DNA of 64,000 nucleotides, taken from positions 35,962,001 through 36,026,000 of the forward strand of contig OZ076409.1 in NCBI GenBank assembly GCA_964187785.1. Reading direction: 5' to 3'. The stretch is from Amphiscolops sp. MND2022. Lineage: Eukaryota. The notes under the pieces were generated by a model that saw only the letters and a list, made by a program, of their open reading frames with translations, did no database searches and had not been told where the DNA came from. Shown here piece by piece: positions 10,535 through 24,400 of this stretch (its first letter is position 1; each line of letters starts with the position of its first letter). The position numbers and the translations under genes are program-made.

Positions 10535-10680
10535 TGATCGGCCTGGAATCATATATGGTCCAGAGTATGATCGGCCTGGAATCATATATGGCCCAGAGTA
10601 TGATCGGCCTGGAATCATATATGGTCCAGAGTATGATCGGCCTGGAATCATATATGGCCCAGAGTATGATCAGCCTGTAG
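10535..10680. repeat. 33-bp minisatellite (GATCGGCCTGGAATCATATATGGYCCAGAGTAT, ~4.5 copies); diverged inverted and direct copies at ~11115-11325
   Basis: Tandem units are directly visible and give the repetitive MIGLESYMVQS ORF. Confidence 0.9.
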
Positions 10681-11012
10681 TCATAAATTTTTGTTCCAAA
10701 CGCGGGTTGACGTGACATGCAACCCAAACAAAAATTTTCAAATATTGAGAACAGTCAGCTTTACAGGCTGAGGGCAATAGAGTCACATTCGACCTTTTGT
10801 ATCTGCGAACGATACATTGCAGGTCAGAACTCCGTTAAGCTCTAAGCGGAGTTCAAGACAAAGTATAGTCACTCAATTTGTTCTCAGCCACTCCTTAGTT
10901 AATAACTAATTCTTTTGTTATAGCAGTACCCACTTTACAGTGTGATTTTCGATTATTTCGAGAAAAATTACCAATAAGTCAGCAAAAGCTGCCAAAAATT
11001 GATGATTGCTAC

Positions 11013-11072
11013 CTTGTTTTCAATTTTGTGATTGTATTGGACCTTTGGTTGAGGAATATCTTGTAATTTCAT
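11013..11072 (-). CDS. Possible first exon (MKLQDIPQPKVQYNHKIENK) of the same gene
   Basis: ATG at 11072 and an AAG|GT donor in phase 0 with the 10068 acceptor. The donor context is weak. Confidence 0.3.
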
Positions 11073-11859
11073 CAGTGTATGCGGTAATTGGCTACATTAT
11101 CCTATTTTTCTTTTTATGGCTCCAGACTGACCATACTCTGGGTCATAAAGGTTTATGGCTCCAGGTTGATCATAGACTGAACCATATATGGCCAGGAATA
11201 TGGTCAGGCTGGATTCATAAACTTTGCTTTTTTTATGGAACATGGCGTATCATAGACTGGACCTTATATGTCCAGAGTATGGTCAGCCTGGAATCATAAT
11301 GTGAGTATGATGGCAGAGTATGATTGACCTGTTTTTGTATGGGAGGGAAACGTGGGTCAGCACAACTTACAGTTTTCACATGGGATCGCTCTTCAACACC
11401 GCAAACCCCAAAACTGCTTCTAAAGTTTTTTAGTCGGAGTTTGAAACATAGACGGACTATTATAGGGGTTTTTCGTCAGTTTTTTTCAAGCTCTTTTCTC
11501 AATCCGCTCAAACAAACAAAGAAGTTCTACTTTTCAGCAGCAAAGATCTTACAAGTTCGAAAGGAGCACAATCACAAAAAGATTCTCTGACTGTTTTAAT
11601 GCATGTTGCTCAAAAAATTCAAGGCGGAAAATATTCCGATGCTCAGCCGGGGTCAAGTTTAAAATTTCACAGTGCGCAGGGAAACAAAATTTTGACTCTG
11701 CGTGCCGACACGAATTTCGGATACTTTCCTGATTATTTTTGGATACCTTCAGAAAATTATGAAAGAGACCGTTTGGGATCCAGGTTCTCTGGATCTCAAG
11801 CTAACTCTCTTCAAAAAGTGGACCATTGAGTGTGAGGTCTGTGGTTTGACAGAAAAAGA

Positions 11860-12490
11860 AACAAGACGGGAACGTCTGAAGTCGGCGCTATATCTAAGGC
11901 TCAAAAAGCGCAGTTTTTAAATTATGACCAAGACGTTTCGAAAATTTCGAAACACCGTAAGGGTGCCTTTCGTGCTCGAAAAACGCTTCAGAAGTTCGGA
12001 TATAGCGTGCTGGGACAAATGGGAACGCTTGCTTTCGAACCTCCGCTTTAGTAAAAGGCAATATAGTTTGGATATAGCGTCAAAAATTCTGATAAAGCCC
12101 TTTACTCCGGATATTACGTTAAAATTGAAGATATGATTGGACAAAATTGCTTGTGGGTAAATATTGAGAAAATCTAATTTCAGATGGAAAATTAGAACTT
12201 TGACACAGTCTTTCAGTGCCGAAAAATGTAAAAATGGAGACTTTTTAAAATTCCAGTTTGTTGCAAAATATCAAAAAAAAATCGAAAAAAAATCTCACAT
12301 TGCCAAAAAATTTGCAAATGCACGAAATAGTTTGTGGTTGAAGCAGGTGGTTGAAGCGACCGCTGGGTTCCCCTTAATCCCTAAAAAGTGATACATACAG
12401 AGTGAGCTCTGTGGTCTGACGAAAAAAAAAAGAAAAAACTAGTCACTGTAATAGTCGGGCACTTTTCTCTTAGGAAAAGCGTCGATTAAA
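11860..12490 (-). mobile_element. Helentron/DINE-1-like element, family 1
   Basis: Same termini as the 8236 copy: AACAAGACGGGAACGTCTGAAGTCGGCGC and GTCACTGTAATAGTCGGGCAC...GCGTCGATT. Confidence 0.65.
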
Positions 12491-14887
12491 AACCTCGCCA
12501 GTGGAGAAGTCCAGCTACTTACTACTTTGTTACTAAAAGCGCTGGTTGAAAAAATTAAACAGGACTGCAGGCACTTGAATAAATTGAAGTGTCTTTTGAG
12601 ATAATTAAAGTGAAGTGACTTGCGTCAAACTTCTCCGCTCCACTTGAATACGTTTTCTCAGAATATCAAACCCTGATACAATGCGACACAATGAAAAACT
12701 ATTTTCTGAGAAATAAAAATTTTTGCAATTCTCCTATCACTATTTCTATCAAAAAAATGGTCAGGCAAATGGAGGAAAAATTATGAATTCCGTCCTTAAA
12801 ACTGTTCAAGTCATCGATCAAGTCCCCGTGAAGCAACGTTTGTGTTTATGATGATAGTTTGTGTTAATTTTGTTTCTTGATAGGATTTTTTGTTGTTTTT
12901 TACAAAATGTCAGAATCCCATGAAATAATACCATGAAATAAATAATGAATCAAAGAAATTACAGTGAGCCTTGATCTGGTTTACATTCCTCTGATTGATT
13001 AAAGAAAGGTAGCTGAAGGTGGAATTGAGCTGAGTTGAAGAAGTTTTTCATTTAATTGCATAACAAGGCACCCGCTGACCAGCGGAATATTTTTCGTTTC
13101 AAACTGCTCTACCACGACATAATTTTGAGGTTCAAGAGTAGCCAATGCACCATGAGAATGCATAGAAGTTTGCAAAGAAGAAACACCTAATTAAAGAACA
13201 TGCAAAATATTTTTTAGTGTTTTGTTGTTGAACAGTGAGGATACCAGTACCTAACATACCAAGCTTTTATATTGTTGAACAAAAGCCACTAAAATAACAA
13301 AAATTGGAAAAGTTTGATACTTTAGAACACTTTGGGGAAATTTTGAGGAACCTTTAAAACAAGAAACTGCAGATATCTCTTCCAAAAGGCTTACTGGATA
13401 CCGAGTTTCGTTGTTGGATTTCCCGACTAATTAGTGTCAATCTGAGGACTTTTTATACCTTTTAAAATGAAAATGTTTTCTCTAAAAAGAGAACTACAAA
13501 GCTAGGTTTCCCTTTTGCAGCCGATTGAATGATAATTGACAGGAAAAAGACGAAATTAGAATTTTACGTTTCCGAGGAAATTTTATAGTATTTTTGCAAA
13601 AATCATTGTTCGATTTTTTTCTGAAATCCTTACTGATAGCTAGATGTTCAATGCTGTGCCTCTATATTTTCTAATTCAAGTGAACATTCGAAAGTTGTCC
13701 AAAATTGGGAGAATGTGAACAAAAATTAGGGGAAATCGGATACTTTGAGCCTGTTTCTGCCAAATTCGAAGCTTTTTGTCCGACATTCTTTCCTGAATTG
13801 CGTTTTCAATAGACATTCAGGTAATTTTGTGGATAACAGGTACTTTTTGGGACTTTTTTGGGTTTATCTTGTGTTTTGGAGCGGGTCATTCTAACAAAAA
13901 ACTAGTTATAACTCCAAAAACGCCCATTGGATATCAGGTTTTAGTTGTTGTAAAGTTTTCAAACCAATGTAACCCACGAAACATTTCAGAAATTCACCGA
14001 AAGTCGCATAAGTTCATCAAAGCCTTGTTCGACAACAGTAGTAATTTTAATTGGAGCTTTTTGAAATTTTTAGTTCACGAAATTTTTCTAATGTGAAATA
14101 CGAAGCCCCTAAAAAGAACGAAAAACGAAAAGTTTTGATAGTTTCGACTATTTTGGGGTCATTCTGAGGCACGTTTTATAACAAGAAACTGTTGGCATAG
14201 CTTTAAATAAGCGAACTAGATAATTAATTTCCTCAGGATTCATTTTCCTAAATTTCCAGTCCAAACTCTTTCATAAAATTTTACAAAAGTTGCATAGAAA
14301 AGGGAATTTTGAGTTTTCGGATTTTTAAACTCTTCTGATAGTTTATAAAACAAAAATAGGCAAACTTCGCATCGAAAAGCATTTTGCATAGCTAGTTTTT
14401 CGTCTTCGAACAATCGATAATACGAAATCTTTCAAATATGTCCTACACTTTACCAAAAAAGTCAGAAGTTAAGAAGATTCATATTTTGAAATTTTAGGGT
14501 GTCATCATCACTTCTCTCACAAGCAAGTTCAATTTCTTGAAAAACCCCTTAAATACCGCGTTGATGCGTTGTTGTATGTTTTAATTCAACTTGCCCACCC
14601 ACGAAATCACTCCAAATTTCACAATCTTTGCAGAAAAATAACAAAATTTGGGAAAAACTGGGTTTTCAATTTTTCGCTATCTTGGGTCACTCTGAGGTAA
14701 TTTTCTCCCCGAAAACTGCAACTTTTCTTTGAAAAGCGTACTGCATTTCTAGTTAATTCGACTGGAGCTTTTTAAAGTTTTTCATCAACGAAAAAGTTTC
14801 AAAATTGTACACAAAGTCTGTAAAATAGTGAACAAGTTAACCCTTTTTTGTTTTCAATTTTTTGGGGTTATATTGAGACTTTTTATC

Positions 14888-17832
14888 TTCCGCCCATATT
14901 TCATATGGGAAAGGAAATTATTTAAATCAAACGGTTTTTTTTTCTTCTACAAAATTTGCCAAGTACGAAATTTATATTCAACTTTAAGGGTGTTACCCAT
15001 AGAATGCAACTCACATAAATTTAGATTCGTGCGATATGTATTTGTAGAGATTTTTTGATTTTTTTTGGGAATGACGAAAAGACCCCATAATCACCCAAAA
15101 TGACCCCGAAAATAACAAATTTAAAAATTTTTCAATTTCAACGGTTTTAGGCAATTCTTGTCAAATTTTCGATAGACTTCGTGGATTAGAATGTTGAAAA
15201 CGCTCAACATGGCAGGCTTTCGTTGTCCAATAGGCTTTTCCGAATTGATAATTGCCGTTTTCTAAACGAAAAATATAGTTCTTTCAAATTGAAAAAGAAA
15301 ATGACAAAAAACCCAAATTTTTCCAACTTTCAATGTTTTTATCCAATTTTTGTCAAATTTTCGACAGACTTCGTAGACTAGAATGATAAAAAAGTCAACA
15401 ACGAACCAATTGGTTGTCCAATAGGCTTTTTTGAAGAGTTAATTGCGGTTTTCAAGTTGAAAAATATCTCAAATTAGCACCGAAATAGACAAAAAACCCA
15501 AAATTTTCCACTTTTCAAAGTTTTCATGCAATTTTTATCAAATTTTCAATAGACAACGTGGATAGCAATGTTGAAATTGGTCATCAAAACAAGAATTTAA
15601 TCTCCAGTAGTTTTTTATGAAGAGATAATTGAGGTTTTCAAGTTGAAAAATATCTCAAATTGGCACCGAAACAGACAAAAAACCCAAATTTTTCAAACTT
15701 TCAAATATTTTATACAGTTTTTGTCAATTTTATGACAGACTTCGTGGATTTGAATGTTAAAAAGGGTCAACCAGCACCGAGTTGGTCGTCCAGTAGGCTT
15801 TTCCGAAAAGTTAGTTGCGGTTTTCAAGTTGAAAAAAAATCTGAAATTGGCACTGAAATAGACAAAAAATCCAAAAATTTCAAACTTTCATAGTTTTTAT
15901 GCAGTTTTTTTCAAGTTTATTGCAGACTTCGTGGATTGGAATGTTCAAAAGGGTCAACAAGAAAAGAGGTTGTTGTCTAGTAGTTTTTTATGAAGAGGTA
16001 TTTGCAGTTTTGTGAATGAAAATTTCCTCAAATTGACACCCAAAATGAGAAAAAAACACAAAATTTCAAAGTTCCAATGTTTTTAAGCAGCTTTTGTCAA
16101 ATTATTGATAGCCTTCGTGGACTAGAATGTTAAACCCCGCAAACAATGGAAGAACTCCTCGTTTCAGTGAGCTTTCGTTGAGAGATGAAAACAATTTGTA
16201 ACAGAAAATGCCTCGAATTGACTCAGAAAATGTCGATTAATTTAAAGATTTGTCGTTTTGATGAATTTTCTGTACAATATCCGAGAGCTCTCAACAGAAG
16301 TTCTAACACAGTCAAAACGAAAGCTATGCAGTACATTATTTGATGAGTACGTTGCAGCATTTTGCTTCAAATACTTCAGAATGACTCCAAATGAGTCGAA
16401 AAATCGAAAAAGTTCATTATCTTCTCGTTTTTATGCAACTTATATGTACTTTTTGAATCGTTTTGGATCCAGAATGTTGGCAAACGTTCAACAATGATTG
16501 AACTCAAAATCCAGTAGGCTCTTGGGGAAAAATTTGCTGATTTCAGTTAGAAAAGGGTCTAAATTGACAGCAAAAAGTTGAACTTTGGTCTTATTCTGAC
16601 GTTTCCAGTGAATTTTTAATTGAGACTAGAAAATTTTCACGGTGCAAAATTTTAAAGATAAAAGCTTCCAAAAAACATAGATAATAGAATTAGGTCCGCA
16701 GCACGTATTTTGAAGAGAAATTGCATATTTTATAGTAGAAAGTTTCCTCAGAGTGACCCACATAACACTGAAAATTTTCTTTTTTTAAAACATTTAATGC
16801 ATTTTTTGTACAATTTTAATCTACTTCCTTGCATAAAGAGGTTGAAAAATCTGAGTAATGACTATTCCCGGGATCCAGTAGAAATTTTTGGAAGACATAA
16901 CTACAATTTTTCTGGAATTGCCCTGAAAAACATCCCAAAATCCAACAAACGACCAAAAAGCACGTTTTTTGACAAATCACTCCAACTTTTTGTTCAAACC
17001 ACGAAAGTTTTTGTGGAATAGAAGTTCTGTTTTCTTGAACGTTGAAACAAAAAGTATTCGAAACCCAATTTGGGAAAGAAAGCACGTTGAAGTTCCTCGA
17101 GTTTACAACAAAGGTGTCGGAATTTCCAAATTTTCTCAATTTTCGACAACCAAGTAACAATCTTGGAACTTTTCCAAAAATTTACTTCAATCAAAAAACC
17201 CATAGGCTCAGGATTGAAACGTGTAGGTAGCTACCGGTTGTGTTTCGGAAAGATATCAGACAAATTTTTATGCACAATTTTCAGTACATTTATTTGAAAA
17301 CGTTAAATTCTTTTTTGACCTTATTTGTGAAACATTTACTATTCAAAAAGCTCCAAGCAAAATCACTAGATATGGAGTAAACCTTCAAAAGGAAACTGTT
17401 ATAGCAGTTTCTCACGTAGGAAAAAAAATGAGAAGGACCCAAAAACAAAAATGAAAAGAGGCATTTTCCACAATCATCAAGAAAACTCATCAGTTCCAAA
17501 GTATCAAAAGTAACAAAGATGTCACCTCCGAGACTCGGGAAACTTATTTCCTTTATAGAAAACCTAAAAAATTAAATTTGTGAAAAATGTTTTTCGAAAA
17601 TGGTCTTCGAAAAGTTCCTTCACGCGGTAAGTCGCATAGTGCCGAAATTACGAAAAGTGGGTAGCTGTTGCAGAATTAGGTGTTGCCTTTAAAAATGGAC
17701 TAAGATGAATCAAAGCTTTTTTTCTTCGAATTTTTTTCATAGTGCATTGGCTATTCTAGAGCCTCAAATTTATATAGTTGTTGAGAACAGTTTGGGGCGG
17801 AAAATATCTCGCTGCTCAGCGGGCGTCTTGTT
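14888..17832 (+). mobile_element. Helentron-like element, family 2 (~2.9 kb)
   Basis: 5' TTCCGCCCA, 3' subTIR GGGGCGGAAAA, CGCTG...CAGCG stem-loop and CTTGTT end. Homologous to 58121-60608. Confidence 0.65.
15130..16200. repeat. Diverged ~190-bp tandem repeat inside the family 2 element
   Basis: AGACTTCGTGGA..GAATGTT recurs at ~15175, 15365, 15550, 15740, 15925 and 16110. Confidence 0.8.
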
Positions 17833-18517
17833 TTGGATTAAAGGAGCAGAAAGTTTCCTAAAATAGCATACTGGGTAACCAAATCAATCATTGTGGAACG
17901 TTTTTATAATTTCTGCGATAGCAGGAATAGTATTAAAATCTCAACAATTTGAACTTTTATTCAGAACAATTGTTATTGTCGTGATTTCGAGAACCTCTTG
18001 AAATAATCAGATAATTCGTCCGGCAGTGAGCGGGAAGCGTGAGAATCAATTTTCTCAAGCTGCCGACGACAATTCGTTTGTCGTGCGATCGGACGCCGAA
18101 TTCATTGAGATGAAGCGAACGAGTGGTAATTATTAGTTCGTTGAGAGCTTCGCCAGCATTCAAATGCGAATGCGAAACCTCGTCTACGCTTAGTAAATAT
18201 ATTTTCTCTAGCCCGAAAAGAATAAAAGGCGATGTAAACTAGTAGAGTGTTTATTGAGTGCACAAAAGTTTTGAAAAATTGGAGGTTTTTGATGTTTCAG
18301 CAAATTGGGGTTCATTTTGAAGTGTTTTCGAGGCAAAAGACTGCAAGGTCTCTTCAAAAAAGCGTACTGTATAGCTAGTCCTTTCGTCTTTGAACATTTT
18401 GAACGTTTTACTCCTTTAAGTCCCAGGTAAGTTGGACAGAAACTGCATGGGAAACAACAAAAACTGCAAAATGTTTGATTTTTCGAACTTTCCGTAGGCC
18501 AATCTGAGGCTAAAATT

Positions 18518-19148
18518 AACAAGCCGGGACCAGCCCAAGTCGGCGCCATATCCAAGGCTCAAAAATAGCAAAAAGACTTCCAAATGTCAAGTATTCTCTT
18601 TTACAGTACTCGAAAATCGAAAATTTTTCGAAAAAAAAGTCGACCGAGTGGCGCGCCGGGGCTCGCTCTAAAGTCTCACAATGCCGAAAAATTGAAAGGG
18701 GGGTTTGAAGTTTTTCAACATCCATTCTGTCGCAGAACATGAAAACATTGAAGAAAACAAAAATTTTTATTTTCGGGAAAAAATCTCACAGTGCCGAAAA
18801 AAAAACTGAAAGGGGGACCCTTTGGGATTTTCCAACATCGAGTCTGTCGCAAAACAGCAAAAAATTGAAGGGGGGAACCCTTTGGGGAAAACAATTTTCC
18901 GGAAAAAGAGTCTCGCAGTGCCGAAAAAAAATTGGAAGGGGGGACCCTTTGGTCTCCCCAGGTATGGTCTGGTACTCGGGAAAACAGGAAAAACCTTTTT
19001 GGTTCAGTTCGCTAGACCAAATAGTGCAATTTGGTGCAATAATATTTTGTAGAACTTTTGAGAACTATTTTGGTCAGTTCGTGTGGATTGAAAAAAAAGA
19101 AAAGCCACTATAATAGTCGCGTTTCACTTCATGAAGCGCTGACTAAAA
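18518..19148 (-). mobile_element. Helentron/DINE-1-like element, family 1
   Basis: AACAAGCCGGGACCAGCCCAAGTCGGCGCC ... GCCACTATAATAGTCGCG...GCGCTGACTAAAA. Confidence 0.65.
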
Positions 19149-19949
19149 ACTGCCTCAATCGGTTTGCAAAATTCTAGTCGAAAAAGAATGTCAAATTAAC
19201 GTTCTAATTTGCGAAATATTCCAAAAATTTGATAAATTTTGCATTAACACGCTACGAATTGGAAACTTTTGTAATTTTTGTACTTTTTGGTGTCATTTTG
19301 GACATACTAAAAGGAAAACCAAAACTTTTTACAAAAACATATCACATTAAGCTAAATTTCTGTCATTTGAATTCTATGTGCAAACCCCTTCAATTTCGGT
19401 ATAAGTTAGAAGCATGGCAACTTTTGGAAAAAAACGCAACTGATTAAAATAATTTCCTTTCCTCTATGAAATATGGGCGGAAAATATTAAGCTTAACAAA
19501 AACCTATTCCGTTTAAAAACTTTCTAGTTTACACTGTCCATCGTAAATATTTCAAAATTATATTAGTTCCGGTAGAAAAAGCAAAGCTCAACTTTAGCGG
19601 AATGTTTTTGGGAACGTTTTCACTCAAAAATTCATTGCAAAAACTACTGGACTACTGAATAATAGAAGTATTCGACTGACACTTTTACAACAATAGTAAG
19701 CGGATGTGAAATTCGTCACACAGCTACTGAGTGGTTGCAGCTAATATTATGATTTTTTAGAGAAATCTTAGCGTTTTTAAGAAAATAGGATTCGTAGTGT
19801 ACACTCGATCCCCTAATTTATTGTCGTTTAATTAGTTCAGGGCGGGAAAGAATCTGGAGCATTGCTACCTTTCTTTTTTCAAAAACTGTCCGTTTATTAT
19901 GTATGTTGGAACTACTACAGCAGATGAGCACAAAAAGTTCTGATTTTTT

Positions 19950-20548
19950 GTGGGTGTTCAAAAAATTAGGTAAAACTAGTCACTTGACTTTTCAAAAGGC
20001 CGATGAAAGGACGACCAAAAGCGATAAGAAGTGGTTGAAGGTCTCAGAAGATGGCACAACTGCTCGATTTTTTTGCGAATGACGCGGTTGTAATAGAGCA
20101 GTAGCTCGGGCAACTATGGCAACACTATGGCATGAAGATTTCCCATGCCCAATATACCAACCTTTGAGTACTTCAACAGTAAATACTACCAAAAAATGGG
20201 AACATTTTATCTACTACAGAATATCCATCCCGTACTGAGACAATACCCGATCCCTTTGGTGAGCAGCGCAGCTTCTTTCGATGAAGTTTCGATTGCTCCT
20301 CGGGAAGTTTTTAGAAATGGGTTTCCATTTTTCAGTCGTCACTTTTTGAAGCAAAAGAGCAGACTATTAGACTGACAAGTTTTTTTCCACATCATTTCTA
20401 ATCAAAGTGTCCACCTTTTTGTTCATTTTGTTCAAGTTTGTTAGTGGGTCCATATCCTCGTGGAGCAAGTCCAAAATGCATCTAGGACCATTTTAAATCA
20501 CTAGACAGTAGCAAAAAGTCCCCTTTGAAGTTTTTAGACACCCCTGTG
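19950..20548. mobile_element. Possible old MITE (GGGTGT..AAAAA inverted ends)
   Basis: GGGTGTTCAAAAA at 19952 versus TTTTTAGACACCC at 20531. No clear target-site duplication (TSD). Confidence 0.3.
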
Positions 20549-20550
20549 CG

Positions 20551-21021
20551 CAGTGTTGTACAATTAAAGGATAATATAAAGGATCATTTAAATGATCATA
20601 TAAATTTTCCAACCTTTAAAAGCGATTCATTTAAAGGAATAATCATTTAAATGAATAGTAATAGTTTAAATAAAAAGAAACTGTACTCTCACTGTGAATC
20701 GAACCTCGGCGATAGAGACGGGAGTCAACTCGATCTATTTTTTGCGAAGTTTTAATACCTATTACTCAGAATTTTCAAGTTAAAGTATTCAATTATAAGA
20801 AAACAGGACATTTCCAAGGGCTCAATACTTCACGGAAAATCGGAAAAGTCGATTGTCCATGAATAACATTAAGCTTAGATCTTAATGCGAATGGCAATTT
20901 TAGTCTGAAATACGGTTTTGATTTGTGTTGAAAGTATGCAATCATTTAAATGATCCTTTATAAATGAAAAAACTTTTTTCCTTTAAAAAATCCTATTAAA
21001 AAATAGAAATGCACAACACTG
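20551..21021. mobile_element. hAT-type MITE
   Basis: TIR CAGTGTTGT(A/G)CA and a perfect 8-bp TSD CCTGTGCG (20543-20550, 21022-21029). Confidence 0.88.
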
Positions 21022-21479
21022 CCTGTGCGACTTTTTTGAAAGTTTGTAAGTTTGATTTCACCAAAGAGTCCTTTATTTTTTTGTTGTTTTCAGTAAAAAA
21101 CAACCTTTAGTAGCACGAAAAGTTTTTTCAATAAGTCTATACGTTTTGGATTAGATTTAGCCTGTGATAAACGCTATTTCGTGTCCATTTTACTCTCATT
21201 TCTATCTCAAGAAAAGAGCGTATATTGTGTCTAGTACTTGGGCATTTCCAACTATCTCGGATACTGATCTCAAGAACTTAAGCTGAAACGAATGGTTTTT
21301 CAATCTTTTATAACGGGAACGCTGTGAAGAAGCATGTTCGAAACAGAAATTGAAAATAACCGAATTTTCAGAGAAATTCCGAACAAAATTACTCGGAAAA
21401 AAACGCGGAAGTTTCAAAAACCAACAAGTTTGAGAGTGTATCTTAAATTATTCTCAACGATAAAAATAACCATTCAAGA

Positions 21480-24400
21480 TGTTGTACTCTTAGTTTCTAC
21501 GGTAAAAACGGTTGGGTATTCTAGAAAGTAAACTGTATCTTTTGTATCAACTATACTGTAGCAACTTTCGTATCGTAAGGGTATAAATGTAGCACAACAT
21601 AAATAGACAGTGTTTAGAGTTTGTTAGTAAATAATCTCGCTGTCTGTTGCCGTATGTTACGGTATGTTTGAATGTCATTATTTTGGTATGATGTCACACT
21701 CCCTCCCCTCCGAGGTAGTCCGGTGGGGTTTGTTGTGTCATCTTGTACGGCCGTAAGGAGTTGACTTCGTTTTAATCTTTCCGTATTGGACGGTCGTTTT
21801 CTTCTTCACTGTTTTCCGTTGTTGTTTCCTGGAATAAATGATCTTTGTTAATTAATATTTTCTTGTTATTATTTGTTTGATATGTTACTCCGCCTAATTT
21901 TTCGGTTTGTTTTGCGAAAGGTAGTCTATTTGATCTTCTAACCGATTCTGTCGTTTTTTTTTATTTTTCTTTTTATACCTACCTTGTTCCGGAGTTAAGC
22001 TGTCGTTCTTTGGGAGCAGCTGGAGTTCATCTTCTATGTTGGTTTGTACCGGCTTTCCTTCCGACTTATTGTAGCAGTCGAAGTCGTCGTCCGATATGAT
22101 ACTCAGGTTCAAGTCGGTACCCGTGTTTTTGTTTGGGGATGTGAATTGGCCTTTGTTATTTCTGGGTTGGTCTCTCCTTTTTAGCCAGTCTTCACTTCTC
22201 TCATAGTTCATGTGTTTGGGTGTTTCTTTACGCTGTAGATGCATGGGGCTCCGCCATTGTTTGTTTCATCTGTTTTTTATAGCAAGTCGGTTGATCAGTG
22301 TTGTTGTTGCGGGTGCTGATCCGTTTGGTCGGTGCTGTGGTTGCTTGCTGAAAAGGTAACGGGTTGGAAATTAGTTTTCGATGTACAGCTTTGTTCTTGT
22401 CGGTGGTGATGGTGTGTTTCGTTCCTGATACGGTGGTTTGAATTTTGTTTTTGAATTTACTCTCCAGTGATCATTTTTGTAGTTTTTCTAATGAAATTTG
22501 AAAGGATATTCAAATTTGTTCATACTTACCGAACTAGTCGGCTTCTTTGTCTGGGAGAACGTCATGTCCCATCTGAACTTCGGTTCCACTGTCTTTTTCT
22601 TGGACATGACCAATGGACATGTCCAAGTGGTCCGTGATTTCTCCGGCTGCGTTCCGGGTAATATACACGGAGATGTCTTTAGAGTCCGTCGAAACAGAAC
22701 TTTTTAAGTTCGATAATCTGGTTCTCAGTGCACGTCCAAAATGGGATTCAAAGGGAGTTTTCTTGGTTCCTGAATGTATTGTGTATCTTAGGACGTATAG
22801 TGCTCTATTGACACTTTCGCGTAGATTTTGTTCGTCTTCTAGGTTAGCTAGTACTAAGTTCTACAATGATTGGATGGTTTGTTCGACCAATCTGGTTAGG
22901 GTATGTAGGTTGGCCGTAACGAATGTACTGCCTATATTTTGTTCTCTGCAAAATTGTTCATACTCTTTGGAGATAAAGGCCCCGCCTTTATCTGATGTTA
23001 TTCTCTTCCAAACGAAGTATACATTTATGTATTCATTCAAAAATGAAATTACGGTTTTGTGATTAGTGTTTTCGCATATTTTTGCCATCGGCTATTTTTA
23101 TCGACCGCGACTAGTATGAATGGGTGGGATTATAGTTTTTTGTTGTGTAGATTTCCCGTGAAATCAATTTGGATTTCTTCGCCCGGTGTTTTCGGCGTTT
23201 CTATTTTAGTTTTTTTAGTCGCCGGTAATTGGAATTTTAAGTTCTTACTGGCGTTCAAGCAGGCTGAGCAGGTCTTTGATTTCTTTTCGATATCTTCCTG
23301 CATGTTTGGCCACCAGGATATAGCCGCATCGTTGCACATTTTGTTTATCCCGGGGTGTCCGAAATGGTTTAGGCGTTTAGGGTTGCATATCGTAGTGAGT
23401 TCGGTATCACGATACGATCCCCTACCATTATGATGCCCCAACGTTGGGTCAGCTTCTTGGCCACAGTTTGGTAATTTTGTTGGATTTGCTCCAGGTTGTT
23501 GTCTTCGATGCAGCAATTTAGTTCAATAAGGTCAGGGTCGGCGGTCAGGATCGGCGGCTAGGGTTTCCAAATCTAGCATGAAATCTAGTTTGCCTGATCT
23601 GATGTTTTCTTCTTGTTGTCTGTTGCGTTTTGCTTTTTGTTCGACTATGCGGTTAATTCGTACATAGTTTCTTACATAATTCTTAATTTCTTCTATCGGT
23701 CCGTCTCTGTATACTTGGACCGGTATTGCTGGGTATGCTCCGGGCTCGTGTGTCGCCACCGCATCTTCGGAGTTAGTTGAGGTGGGGATTCCGTGTCTTT
23801 GTTATTTTCTAGGGGGCTGTTGTTATTTTCTTCCGGTTGTTGTTGTTCTTGTGGTTGTCTTTGCGGTATTTCGTCTCCGAAATTCTGGAAGTAGCCTCTG
23901 CCGATGTGGGTATCTCTTTCCTTTCTATTTAATTGGAGGTCGATCCGTTTGATTTCTCTCCTCTCGTTTTCTTCTGGTCTTCTTGGTTAGTAGATTTCTC
24001 TACCCAAGTTTTTGTTCCATTGTAGCCTCATAGCGCCTGGCCTTGCGAGTTCTCTTCTTCTTCTCACGAGTTCCGTAGTTTCAGGTGATTTCTCTCTTCT
24101 ATTTATATTGGTCATAATTTCATCGTCTGCGCCCCAATGGTAACGCAATTGGCCGTCAATTCGGAAGAGGCGTGCATTGTTGTCGTTGTTATTCATTTCT
24201 GAATGATCGATTTCAAGAAAGTGCTGTTCTGTGCGGTAATTAGAATGAATGTGGCCGTTGTTTGTTCGCCGGCGTCGCGTATCATTAGCGAGCGCGTACC
24301 ATGCATGTTTGTTTCATTAGTTGTGTTGACTTCATCAGATTGGTTAAAATTCCGTCCTATGCGGGCGTTTACTGTTGCTAGTTGCGCGATGGCGTTGATC

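Larger units (their letters stand above)
13062..19484 (-). mobile_element. Helentron-like element, family 2, interrupted by nested insertions
   Basis: 13062-13160 is the reverse complement of the ends at 17740-17832 and 60510-60608. 19330-19484 is the reverse complement of their starts. Confidence 0.5.

Noticed and set aside
10535..10680. CRISPR-like 33-bp repeats
   Set aside because: The units are contiguous with no unique spacers, there are no cas genes, and the context is eukaryotic.
11006..11299. Plus-strand hydrophobic, tetraspanin-like ORF
   Set aside because: TTG start, runs into repeat-derived sequence, and is on the opposite strand to the supported exon.
8203..19447. Lys/Phe-rich short ORFs (GGPFG, KKSRTV)
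   Set aside because: Translations of non-coding Helentron-like subrepeats.
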